Assembly: GCA_964401135.1 (NCBI GenBank)
Contig: CAYNXC010000001.1
Span: 122,778 to 186,777, forward strand
DNA: 64,000 bases
Direction: 5' to 3'
Source of the DNA: an uncultured Candidatus Saccharibacteria bacterium
Lineage (GTDB): Bacteria > Patescibacteriota > Minisyncoccia > Phycocordibacterales > UBA9988
Both the position numbers and the translations under genes were made by a program. Position 1 is the stretch's first letter; each line of letters opens with the position of its first letter. Positions 1-8,533 of the stretch are shown piece by piece. Under the pieces are notes generated by a model. That model searched no databases. It saw only the letters and a list, made by a program, of their open reading frames with translations, and was not told the DNA's origin.

Positions 1-1076
1 TGATTGAGCGAGTCCATACTCATGATGCTATTAAGTGAAGCGAGAGGACCCATACCGAGCACACCTTCACCTGCCTCAAGATTACCATCTCCGTCATCAT
101 TCCAAGTGATAACATTGATGAAGCTTGAAAGCTCACCCTTTCCTTCAGGATTACCTACTCCCGCTGCATCACCATCTTCCTCCTCTGTCTCAAGGAGAGA
201 ATTCTCTTGATCATCTTTGTTGCTCGTGATCAAGCAGGCGTAAGCATCATTGTCGTACACATGAAGTGAGATGACATTGGTACCCCAGTCAGCCGGCTTA
301 ATATCGTTGAAACCAAAGAAGTGATCACCTTCTCCTAAATCCTTTTCCTGCCAGAGTTTGCATTGATTCTGGAAGTCCTGTTGGAAGTATTCGTCACTGC
401 AATCGCCATCAATGGTCAATTTATAGAGAAGACCAGCTGGATTGCCTGAAACTGATCCGCCAGGAACCCCTTTATTCTTCACTACAAATTTGATTGTATT
501 ATCTCCTGATATAAGCCATGGCGTGATGAGAGAGGGACCGATAGTATCAGCTACTGCGAAGTTATTGTCATTAACATCATCCGCGACTAAGTGGCCATTC
601 ACATAGACTTGGTAACTGTTATCGGCTGCAACACTGAAATCAATGCTTGCGCTAGGGATAGGACCGACCCAGTTAAAAGACTTCTCAAAGGTGTAGGTAA
701 CATCAGTCACCACATCCTCAATAAGAACTGGATCTGTTGCCCAAATCCATGTCGCCCCAGGTATGCTTGCCGTCCAGTACTGTGTGGTAACAGATGTAGG
801 CGTTACCGCAAGAGCAGATGTAGTAGCAATCGGAACTCCATTCTTCGCGGTTACGATATTACTCGTATCGCTCACGATAGTTACATCACAGGTCTGACAG
901 TCTACGCCGTTGTAGGTCTGGCGAGTGTGATCTACCTTGAGATCAATGGAACCAGCGGTGAAGATGTTCCCCGTGGAGGTCTCGGTGTCGTTGTAGAAGG
1001 CTACAGTGCCTCCTATCACGACTACTGCCGCCACCGCGAGTGTCCCGAGGCTCAACAATATTTTATTTTTACTCAT
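1..1076 (-). CDS. TasA/camelysin-like protein with SipW-cognate signal peptide (3' end runs off window)
   Basis: Absent from the ORF track. Read by hand from ATG at 1076: MSKNKILLSLGTLAVAAVVVIGGTVAFYNDTETSTGNIFTAGSIDLKVDH, the SipW-type signature (G-T-x-A-F-x-x-D-T-E-T-S-x-G-N-x-F-T-A-G). Paralogous to the next gene. Confidence 0.85.
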   Translation of the reverse strand, partial: MSKNKILLSLGTLAVAAVVVIGGTVAFYNDTETSTGNIFTAGSIDLKVDHTRQTYNGVDCQTCDVTIVSDTSNIVTAKNGVPIATTSALAVTPTSVTTQYWTASIPGATWIWATDPVLIEDVVTDVTYTFEKSFNWVGPIPSASIDFSVAADNSYQVYVNGHLVADDVNDNNFAVADTIGPSLITPWLISGDNTIKFVVKNKGVPGGSVSGNPAGLLYKLTIDGDCSDEYFQQDFQNQCKLWQEKDLGEGDHFFGFNDIKPADWGTNVISLHVYDNDAYACLITSNKDDQENSLLETEEEDGDAAGVGNPEGKGELSSFINVITWNDDGDGNLEAGEGVLGMGPLASLNSIMSMDSLN

Positions 1077-1116
1077 ATCATTTCTGTGGGATTAGTAAGA
1101 AGGCTATTTGTCATCA

Positions 1117-1887
1117 CTAGTTCTGAGGAGCGCAAACAAAGCTGGAGTTATTCCGTGACTGTTCTACACGAAATGAAATGTCAGCTGTTACTGAGTCCGT
1201 CTGAGACTCATTACCCATAAGAAGTCCTGAACATGTAGTAGTACCTGTTCCAAGATCAACTGTCATATCTCCAGCACACCACTGTAAGCCAATGTATTGT
1301 GTGGTATTTGAAGCCATCGGCACTGTTAATGAATCGGCAATAGTGTATGTCTTACCGTTAAGTACATCACTTGCCTGTCCGATTCCACTTGCCTGTGTAA
1401 AGAGTTTTATTTCTGATGACGCTGGCTCAAAGACTCCATCCCCATCGATATCCGCCCATGCGAAGAAGTCCAAGTTTTGAGCGAGTTCACCTTCTCCTGC
1501 CCCGTCAGCATCGGCATCCACTTCATCTTCAGGCTCTGTAAGTCCATTACCATCATTGTGGAGGTTAGTAATGTCTAAACATGCGTATGCATCATTGTTT
1601 GAGACATGAAGACTAATAACATTCGTACCACTATCTCCAGGCTTTACATCACTGAAGTTGAAAAACTTATCTGATGTAGGGACAAGATTTTTCATCGTCC
1701 ATGTAGAAGTTGCCCATGCATTACCGTTATAGGTCGCAGTACTGTCAATCGTCAAATCAATTGCGCCTGCGGTGAAAGTGTTACCGCTTGAGGTCTCGGT
1801 ATCACTAAAAAAAGCACCCGTTGCGCCAGCAACAACAGCTCCCGCGAAGGCGATCATCGTCAAAGAAAAGAGAATCCTCCTATTCAT
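1117..1887 (-). CDS. TasA/camelysin-like protein with SipW-cognate signal peptide
   Basis: GATGAFFSDTETSSGNTFTAGAIDL after a hydrophobic helix, plus FNFSDVKPGDSG and GNESQTDS motifs typical of the TasA/CalY family. Confidence 0.85.
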   Translation of the reverse strand: MNRRILFSLTMIAFAGAVVAGATGAFFSDTETSSGNTFTAGAIDLTIDSTATYNGNAWATSTWTMKNLVPTSDKFFNFSDVKPGDSGTNVISLHVSNNDAYACLDITNLHNDGNGLTEPEDEVDADADGAGEGELAQNLDFFAWADIDGDGVFEPASSEIKLFTQASGIGQASDVLNGKTYTIADSLTVPMASNTTQYIGLQWCAGDMTVDLGTGTTTCSGLLMGNESQTDSVTADISFRVEQSRNNSSFVCAPQN

Positions 1888-2209
1888 AATTATTGTTACT
1901 GTGAATAATTAACTGTTGATAATGAAAGAACAATATTCATTGTACCCTCTTTTATTTCTTGATTCGACCAAGGCAATCAGACGAGTACCTCCAGGGAGTA
2001 CGCTTGAAGTTACCCTAGCCGCTATTATTGTCTTAAGGATAGCCATTGTCAACTCTATCGTCTCTTTGTCTAGAGGACAAAGTCTCCCTGCCTATTTCAA
2101 TAGGTCATTGTCCTTTACTTCAGACTTATCTTGTCTCACATTCTTTGTCTTTTATGCGTCCTATAGGACAAATTCAAATTTATACACACTATGTTATGAT
2201 AGATGGATT

Positions 2210-4369
2210 ATGGATGAACGGTTAAAAAAGCCGTACAACCCCGTAGAGAATGAGGAGAGCGCTTACCGACTCTGGGAGTCTAGTGGTTTTTTTAATCCAG
2301 ACAACCTCACGGGTAAGCGCGAGAAGAGCTACACCATCCTTATGCCGCCACCCAACGCCAACGGCCACCTCCATGTGGGACACGCCTTGGGCACTACCAT
2401 CCAAGATATTATGATCCGCTACCGCCGTATGGCAGGCTACAGAGCACTCTGGCTCCCCGGCGCTGACCATGCAGGCTTTGAGACACAGGTAGTGTATGAG
2501 AAGAAGTTAGAGAAGGAGGGTCGCTCGCGCTTAGGTATGCCACGAGAAGAGCTCTATAAAGAGATACTTGCCTTTACCTTAGAGAATAAAAAATTTATGG
2601 AGGACGAGGTACGCGCACTCGGCGCCTCCTGTGACTGGTCTCGTGAAAAATTTACCTTAGATCCAGATATTGTAGAAGTTGTATACGGAACCTTCCGTAA
2701 GCTCTTTAATGACGGGCTCGTTTACCGAGGCAAACGGATGGTCAACTGGTGTACCAAGCACCAAACATCACTCTCTGATCTAGAGGCAGCATCAAAAACA
2801 CAAAAAGATACACTCTATTACATTAGCTACGGGCCACTTACCGTAGCCACCGTCCGCCCCGAGACCATCTTCGGCGATGTAGCAGTTGCCGTACACCCAA
2901 GTGACACACGCTACAGAGCGCTTGTTGGCAGCACTATTACAGTCACCACTCCCATCGGCTCCATGGACTTGCCGGTGATTGCTGATGAGACAGTGGACAC
3001 AGACTTTGGCACCGGGGCACTTAAAATCACTCCCGCCCACGATCAAAACGACTTTGAGATGGGTAAGCGACACTCACTCCCTGTGACTGAAGTGATTGAT
3101 CAGTATGGGAAGTTGAATGAGAAAACAGGCAAATACGCGGGGATGAAGATTGACGAGGCACGGAACGCAGTTGCCAAAGACCTTGCGGAGATGGGGCTCT
3201 TAGTGAAGACAGAGGAGTACGAACACGCCGTGAGTACCTGCTATAAGTGTGCAAAGACTTTAGAACCACGCATACTCCCTCAGTGGTTTGTAAAAATGGA
3301 GCCACTCGCAGCTCGCGCGCTTGAGGCAGTACGGACAAAAGAAGTCACCATACTCCCCGACTACTCTGAAAAAGTATTTAATAACTGGCTCTCGGATATC
3401 CGTGATTGGAACATCTCCCGTCAGATTACATGGGGGATCCCTATCCCTGCCAAGATTTGTAGCGTCTGTGATTACGGCACTGCAGATACAGGACAGAGCG
3501 TATGTCCCGGATGTAGTAAAGAACTCGTGCCCGACCCAGACACCTTTGACACTTGGTTTTCATCTGGGCAGTGGCCATTTGCAACGCTTGGGCACCCGGA
3601 TGGGGAAGACTTCCACACCTTCTACCCCACGGCAGTCATGGAGACTGCCTACGATATTCTCTTCTTTTGGGTAGCGCGTATGATCATGCTCGGTCTCTAC
3701 CGTACTGGGAAGGCCCCCTTCAATCATGTGTACTTGCACGGACTGGTACGCGATGCCACGAGACAGAAGATGAGTAAGAGTAAGGGCAATGTGGTTAACC
3801 CCATTGAGCTCCTCACCCAGTACGGCACCGACGCCCTGCGCATGGGACTCATCGTGGGCAACACTCCGGGGACTGATTTAGCATTTTCTGAAGATAAGAT
3901 AAGGGGCTACAAGCACTTCGCCAATAAAATATGGAATGTTGCTCGCTTTGTGCTAGAGCGTATAGATGAATCTCCTCTCCATGAGAGACCAGAACTTACG
4001 CAGGAGGATGAGGCTCGCTTACAAGAACTCTCTGCGCTCACTCGTGATGTAAGCTCCGACTTGGATGAGTTCCGCTTTCATCTCGCGGGAGAAAAGTTAT
4101 ACCACTACTTCTGGCATACATTTGCTGATAAGATGGTGGAGGAGAGCAAGGTACAGCTGAAAGAAGGGACTGAGGAGGTGAAGCGCTCTACACGCTTTAC
4201 ACTACTCTCTCTCCTCTGTACCTCTCTGGTGCTCCTACACCCTTTTATGCCGTTTATTACCGAGACACTCTGGCAACTCATACCAGCCAAACTGCGCGTA
4301 CTCGTAGGATACCGTGAAGCGCTCCTTATGATTGCCCCATGGCCTCTCTCTCACTCGGAACTATCCTAA
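2210..4369 (+). CDS. valS: valine--tRNA ligase (short form)
   Basis: PPPNANGHLHVGH, DWNISRQITWG and KMSKS motifs. Start reassigned to ATG 2210 (MDERLKKPY). Confidence 0.96.
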   Translation: MDERLKKPYNPVENEESAYRLWESSGFFNPDNLTGKREKSYTILMPPPNANGHLHVGHALGTTIQDIMIRYRRMAGYRALWLPGADHAGFETQVVYEKKLEKEGRSRLGMPREELYKEILAFTLENKKFMEDEVRALGASCDWSREKFTLDPDIVEVVYGTFRKLFNDGLVYRGKRMVNWCTKHQTSLSDLEAASKTQKDTLYYISYGPLTVATVRPETIFGDVAVAVHPSDTRYRALVGSTITVTTPIGSMDLPVIADETVDTDFGTGALKITPAHDQNDFEMGKRHSLPVTEVIDQYGKLNEKTGKYAGMKIDEARNAVAKDLAEMGLLVKTEEYEHAVSTCYKCAKTLEPRILPQWFVKMEPLAARALEAVRTKEVTILPDYSEKVFNNWLSDIRDWNISRQITWGIPIPAKICSVCDYGTADTGQSVCPGCSKELVPDPDTFDTWFSSGQWPFATLGHPDGEDFHTFYPTAVMETAYDILFFWVARMIMLGLYRTGKAPFNHVYLHGLVRDATRQKMSKSKGNVVNPIELLTQYGTDALRMGLIVGNTPGTDLAFSEDKIRGYKHFANKIWNVARFVLERIDESPLHERPELTQEDEARLQELSALTRDVSSDLDEFRFHLAGEKLYHYFWHTFADKMVEESKVQLKEGTEEVKRSTRFTLLSLLCTSLVLLHPFMPFITETLWQLIPAKLRVLVGYREALLMIAPWPLSHSELS

Positions 4370-5046
4370 CTTTTATCTTAGGCGGGACCATCCCCGCGGT
4401 GATTTGGTTATGGTTTTGGCTCAAGGAGGATGCTGCGCGACCAGAGCCACGAAGCATCATTATTGGAACCTTCATTGCAGGGGCTGTCGCAACGATCCCC
4501 GCCTTTATTTTAGAAAAGTACACCCGTGACATTCTGGGGATGAGCAGTGGAGCGAGCTTATTTCTTATATGGGCGCTCATTGAGGAGACAGTAAAGTATG
4601 GGGCGGCTCTCTTGACTGCCGAGAGGACTAAAAGTTACGACGAACCTGTTGATTCAATGATCTATATGATGACAGCCGCGCTCGGCTTTGCTGCATGCGA
4701 AAACTTATTCTTTCTCATTGATCACAGTATGGATGGTATCGCTCTCCACGAGTTTTTGCTCGGCGGAAATCTGCGCTTCTTAGGTGCTAACATCTTACAC
4801 CCTATCGCCTCGGGTATTGCGGGTGGCATTATTGCCCTCGCTTTCTACCGCAGTACCGCAGAGCGTGCCTACGCTACCACTCTTGGACTTATCACCGCTA
4901 CAGTATTGCACACTATTTTCAACTTGCTTATAATACGGAGTAGCGGCGGAGGGATACTCGCGACATTTTCATTCTTCTGGATTGTTGCCGCGCTTGTCAT
5001 CCTCCTTTTTGAACGAGTAAAACGTATACAACCATATTATGTTTAG
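4339..5046 (+). CDS. PrsW family intramembrane metalloprotease
   Basis: ALIEETVK, GFAACEN, LHP and LHTIFN motifs in a multi-TM protein. Confidence 0.9.
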   Translation: MASLSLGTILTFILGGTIPAVIWLWFWLKEDAARPEPRSIIIGTFIAGAVATIPAFILEKYTRDILGMSSGASLFLIWALIEETVKYGAALLTAERTKSYDEPVDSMIYMMTAALGFAACENLFFLIDHSMDGIALHEFLLGGNLRFLGANILHPIASGIAGGIIALAFYRSTAERAYATTLGLITATVLHTIFNLLIIRSSGGGILATFSFFWIVAALVILLFERVKRIQPYYV

Positions 5047-5503
5047 ACGAAAAAGATCATTTTTTGAACGACTCACTGGGAGTATGGCTCTCGAGGATGA
5101 ATTGGATGATGCAAAAGATGGAGATGAGGATCGCATCAACTCACCGAGCCTTGGCTGGGAGCGCGGTGAGGAGATGAGTGACCTCTCTCTGGATCTTTAC
5201 CAGACACCAAATGAGATTATTATCCAGACAATGGTAGCTGGAGTGAAGCCAGAAGATTTAGATGTAAATATCACTCGTGAATCTGTAACGATCAGCGGTA
5301 AGCGGAGCGAACAAAAGCAGGTTGTAGAAGAGAGTTACTTCCTCCGTGAACTCTCATGGGGCTCTTTTGAGCGTACTATTGCACTCCCACAAGAAGTAGA
5401 GCCAGAAGAAGCTGAGGCTGTAGAACGCCATGGACTCCTCACCATCCGCCTCCCCAAGCTCAACAAAGACAAGACACAAAAACTAAAGGTACGGATTGGG
5501 TAG
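5039..5503 (+). CDS. Hsp20/alpha-crystallin small heat shock protein
   Basis: AGVKPEDLDV, WGSFERTIALP and GLLTIRLPK motifs. Confidence 0.93.
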   Translation: MFRRKRSFFERLTGSMALEDELDDAKDGDEDRINSPSLGWERGEEMSDLSLDLYQTPNEIIIQTMVAGVKPEDLDVNITRESVTISGKRSEQKQVVEESYFLRELSWGSFERTIALPQEVEPEEAEAVERHGLLTIRLPKLNKDKTQKLKVRIG

Positions 5504-5521
5504 TAAAGTAATTATATAAAC

Positions 5522-6037
5522 ATGAGAAAGAGAAAAACTCCAAAAACATTGTTGGTCATATTACTTGTTATCGTTGCTGGTATTATTGGATACTTTCTGC
5601 TGACAAGACTAGACTCGGATGAGACCACAAATTGGAGGACATACAGGAGTGAGCAGTATGGAATAGAATTCCAGTATCCAACAGATTGGAAAGTTCGGAT
5701 TCTGAGAGAAGGAGATATTGGTAGTATCGTGCAAGTATTTAGCCCAGAATCGTATACTTCTGCGATGAGAGGAGACTCTGACTCCCCCACTGATCAATTT
5801 GCTGTACGAATTTTACATAATAGAGATTATGAGAATATAGTCACAGGTAAAGAGATCATTTTAGATGGTAAAAAGGCGATAGATAGAGGCTGGGAGCAGA
5901 ACGAAATGACGGGAGTTCCACTCAGAATAATTAAGGTTTTAGTTGATCCATCAATCACTATTGAAATAAGTGCCATCTCAACTACTTCTAAAAAGGTGGA
6001 AGAACAGATGCTTTCGACTTTTAAGCTCATCCCATAA
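5522..6037 (+). CDS. membrane-anchored hypothetical protein (PsbP-like N-terminal motif)
   Basis: N-terminal TM followed by WRTYRSEQYGIEFQYPTDW. Confidence 0.7.
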   Translation: MRKRKTPKTLLVILLVIVAGIIGYFLLTRLDSDETTNWRTYRSEQYGIEFQYPTDWKVRILREGDIGSIVQVFSPESYTSAMRGDSDSPTDQFAVRILHNRDYENIVTGKEIILDGKKAIDRGWEQNEMTGVPLRIIKVLVDPSITIEISAISTTSKKVEEQMLSTFKLIP

Positions 6038-6074
6038 ATCCAGATATCTGTGTATTTATACAACCACGCTCGAA

Positions 6075-6093
6075 CCTGCCGACCGGCAGGCAG
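6075..6093. repeat. REP-like palindrome CCTGCC-N-GGCAGGCAG
   Basis: cctgccgaccggcaggcag, with related copies at about 6649-6677 and 53930-53948. Confidence 0.6.
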
Positions 6094-6211
6094 ACCGGCG
6101 ACCCGCCTCTCGCCTGTCTCGCAATGCTAAACATCGGCGAGCCATTCGGACCGGATGAGAAGCAAACTGCTTTGCTTCTCATCCCTTCGCCCTTCAGTCG
6201 ATTTTTGTTCT

Positions 6212-6287
6212 TGGTGTCGAGAGCCGGGCTCGAACCGGCGACCCTTCGCTCTTCAGGCGAATGCTCTACCAACTGAGCTATCTCGAC
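6212..6287 (-). tRNA. tRNA-Phe (GAA)
   Basis: Reverse complement GTCGAGATAGCTCAGTTGGTAGAGCATTCGCCTGAAGAGCGAAGGGTCGCCGGTTCGAGCCCGGCTCTCGACACCA forms a full cloverleaf with encoded CCA. Confidence 0.97.
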
Positions 6288-6339
6288 ATAATTTCACTAT
6301 ACTCCACCCGGCTCTCTCCTTCAAAGCGTCGAGGCTGAA

Positions 6340-6612
6340 CTACCTAGGCGTGAGGGCGCCATTGATTGCATTCAATTGGCTCTTAGTACTCTCTATCATC
6401 CCCGCAGCCAGATCCCACGCATCCATGACGCTGTTTATCTGCGGTTCAAAGTAGTAGTAGAGTCCCACAGATGAGCCAATGATGATCACCCACCTGAGTA
6501 CACTGAGAGAGATCCCCCAGAGTCGTGCGCGCTGGATAGATCGTAATATGCGATTATTCTCTTGAGCCAACTCAAGGGTCTCGTGTACCTCTTCTCGCAT
6601 ATCATGATCCAT
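6340..6612 (-). CDS. small single-TM hypothetical protein
   Basis: 90-aa ORF: LELAQENNRILRSI, then a hydrophobic segment and YYYFEP. Confidence 0.75.
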   Translation of the reverse strand: MDHDMREEVHETLELAQENNRILRSIQRARLWGISLSVLRWVIIIGSSVGLYYYFEPQINSVMDAWDLAAGMIESTKSQLNAINGALTPR

Positions 6613-6648
6613 TATCCAATCGTAGCAGAGGGGGTACTAAAAATCAAA

Positions 6649-6677
6649 AGCCCTGTCCGCCTAAGGCAGGCAGGGCT
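6649..6677. terminator. hairpin downstream of HAD-like gene (REP-like core)
   Basis: agccctgtccgcctaaggcaggcagggct, with a T-tract on the minus strand. Confidence 0.55.
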
Positions 6678-6682
6678 CTACC

Positions 6683-7126
6683 TCACACCACTATTCGGTG
6701 GAGCAGGAGTAGTGTGAGTTCTTCCCAATCAGGAACGCAGTAAAATCGGTTTGGCAGTCCGTCATGGACTTGGGAACCGAAAAGCAGGCAGTGTGTAACC
6801 GAATCTGGCATCGCATCAAGAACATCAAAACGGTCGTCAATCATATGAGTGAGACCAATTTCCTGTGCGATCACAACTTTTTCCCACCAATGATTACAGT
6901 AGAGTGCATCCACTCTCTTGATGCCGGTTCGCGCCCAGAAATCCCTCTGTGAGAGCCATCGGTTTATAAACCATCGAGATCCTGACAAAGTCTGTGAGAG
7001 AAGATAGATATGGTCAAAACCAGCACAGGCATGGATGCGGGTAATATCCTCTATGGCTCCAGTGACTTCCACACTCCTTGGCCCACGAATGACACCGCCG
7101 ATGTCAATGCCGAGTATCCTAGACAT
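6683..7126 (-). CDS. HAD-like fold hypothetical protein
   Basis: LGIDIGGVI at the N-terminus and HMIDDR near the C-terminus. Strong SD AGAAAGGAGGTG before ATG 7126. Confidence 0.7.
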   Translation of the reverse strand: MSRILGIDIGGVIRGPRSVEVTGAIEDITRIHACAGFDHIYLLSQTLSGSRWFINRWLSQRDFWARTGIKRVDALYCNHWWEKVVIAQEIGLTHMIDDRFDVLDAMPDSVTHCLLFGSQVHDGLPNRFYCVPDWEELTLLLLHRIVV

Positions 7127-7196
7127 TATGGACACCTCCTTTCTTATATAAAGTACTCTCCTTTTAGCCTAGCAGACAAGAAAAATAAGACAACAA

Positions 7197-7268
7197 CGCC
7201 CTCGGCAGGAATCGAACCCACATCAACCCCTTAGGACGGGGCTGTTCTATCCGTTGAACTACGAGGGC
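7197..7268 (-). tRNA. tRNA-Arg (CCT)
   Basis: Reverse complement GCCCTCGTAGTTCAACGGATAGAACAGCCCCGTCCTAAGGGGTTGATGTGGGTTCGATTCCTGCCGAGGGCG. CCA is not encoded. Confidence 0.93.
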
Positions 7269-7371
7269 TACTAGGCGAGATGGTGTTCATTTTTTGAGTC
7301 GCGCCGGAGCCCTTTAGGGTAAAGCGCGAAGAAAGAACACCACGAGCCTTACCTCACTATAACAGAATTAT

Positions 7372-7611
7372 CTAAGAGATTCCGAGGAGGTTAGCGAGGG
7401 TCGGCTGATCAAAGCCAATAACAATATCTTTTTTATCAACTACAATCACCGGTACACCCATCTGCCCCGTCTTCTCAACCATCTCTTGTCGCTTCGCGAT
7501 ATCGCTCATCACATCGTACTCGGTAAAGGCAACTCCGTTCTCGGTAAAGTATTCCTTTGCCCTATGGCAAAAGTGACAGGTCGGCGTGGTATATATCTCA
7601 ACAGTGTACAT
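7372..7611 (-). CDS. glutaredoxin / NrdH-like redoxin
   Basis: YTTPTCHFC active site and GQMGVPVI. Confidence 0.92.
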   Translation of the reverse strand: MYTVEIYTTPTCHFCHRAKEYFTENGVAFTEYDVMSDIAKRQEMVEKTGQMGVPVIVVDKKDIVIGFDQPTLANLLGIS

Positions 7612-7657
7612 AAAAAAGGCGCTTAACGCTTGTAATAATTCTAGTATAGCATAGCTG

Positions 7658-7939
7658 TCAAATTAACGCTGAGAGATCATCTTCAGGGCGCGCTTTGGTA
7701 CTACGCTCCTCACCACAGCGTTCGCATTGATGGACAATCACAAAGGTATCTCGCTTTTTTTCTAATCGCGTAGGCGGCATTAGCCCTCCACACAGCTCCA
7801 GCCTATCGCCAGGAAACATATCCACATGTTTACTGGTGAGACACACGGGGCAGTGGTTGGTATAGCCATCCCCTGCCACCTGTGCTCCACAGCGTTCACA
7901 AGTAAAATCCTCCTTGGTGCGTTTGAATCGCTCGCTCAT
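7658..7939 (-). CDS. RNHCP domain zinc-ribbon protein
   Basis: FTCERCG, TNHCPVCLTSKHVD, CGGLM and HQCERCG. Start moved to ATG 7939, just after tRNA-Gly. Confidence 0.88.
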   Translation of the reverse strand: MSERFKRTKEDFTCERCGAQVAGDGYTNHCPVCLTSKHVDMFPGDRLELCGGLMPPTRLEKKRDTFVIVHQCERCGEERSTKARPEDDLSALI

Positions 7940-7940
7940 G

Positions 7941-8011
7941 TGCGGGTAGGGAGAATCGGACTCCCGTCTCATGCTTGGGAAGCACGCGTTCTACCACTAA
8001 ACCATACCCGC
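7941..8011 (-). tRNA. tRNA-Gly (CCC)
   Basis: Reverse complement GCGGGTATGGTTTAGTGGTAGAACGCGTGCTTCCCAAGCATGAGACGGGAGTCCGATTCTCCCTACCCGCA. Confidence 0.93.
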
Positions 8012-8016
8012 TCTAT

Positions 8017-8400
8017 TCAAAAAAACCTCTCCCAAAAGGATTCTTTACTCGGCTCTGCCAGAGAGTCACTCGTCGTTGCTTCTACCTTCTCTTCTCCTGC
8101 AATCTGTATCACACCCTCGTCCGGCTTCGCCACAGGAAAGCGTGTCCGTAGTTCTGTCTCTACTCCTTCATCTGTTGAGAGACGCTCTAACTCCGTATCT
8201 AACTGCTCCTTCCGTGCTTGTAGACTTTCTAAATGAATCTCTGCTTCACGGCGACTTGCTTCGGCCGTGCGACTCTTCACATAGAGTCCACGCACCGAGG
8301 ACCCTAAGAGTAGCACAGTGGCAAGGAGGATGAGAAGGACCGGCCACGAGTATAGCCGCCGCAGAGAGGGTGCCGTCTTCTGTCCTTGAAATCTGTGCAT
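8017..8400 (-). CDS. septum formation initiator (FtsB/DivIC-like)
   Basis: TM helix, coiled coil, then EGVETELRTRFPVAKPDEGVI. Confidence 0.8.
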   Translation of the reverse strand: MHRFQGQKTAPSLRRLYSWPVLLILLATVLLLGSSVRGLYVKSRTAEASRREAEIHLESLQARKEQLDTELERLSTDEGVETELRTRFPVAKPDEGVIQIAGEEKVEATTSDSLAEPSKESFWERFF

Positions 8401-8422
8401 ACTACGAGTATAGTGTAGGGTA

Positions 8423-8533
8423 ATGTTTGAAAGCAAGCACAGAAAGAAAATGCAGGTGGTCTGGGCAGTACTCGTCTTCTTGACCGCGCTCTCTATGATT
8501 ATCCTCTATGCTGCCCCTCTCCTCTCTCCTTAG
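8423..8533 (+). CDS. 36-aa small membrane peptide
   Basis: Read by hand: MFESKHRKKMQVVWAVLVFLTALSMIILYAAPLLSP*. Basic N-terminus plus one TM, filling the gap between ftsB-like and lepA. Confidence 0.6.
   Translation: MFESKHRKKMQVVWAVLVFLTALSMIILYAAPLLSP

Noticed and set aside
591-1220. 209-aa plus-strand ORF
   Set aside because: It is the antisense shadow of the TasA-like genes, whose minus frame has clear family motifs.
1916-2209. 98-aa N-terminal extension of ValS in the ORF track
   Set aside because: This is intergenic promoter DNA. ValS homology starts at ATG 2210.
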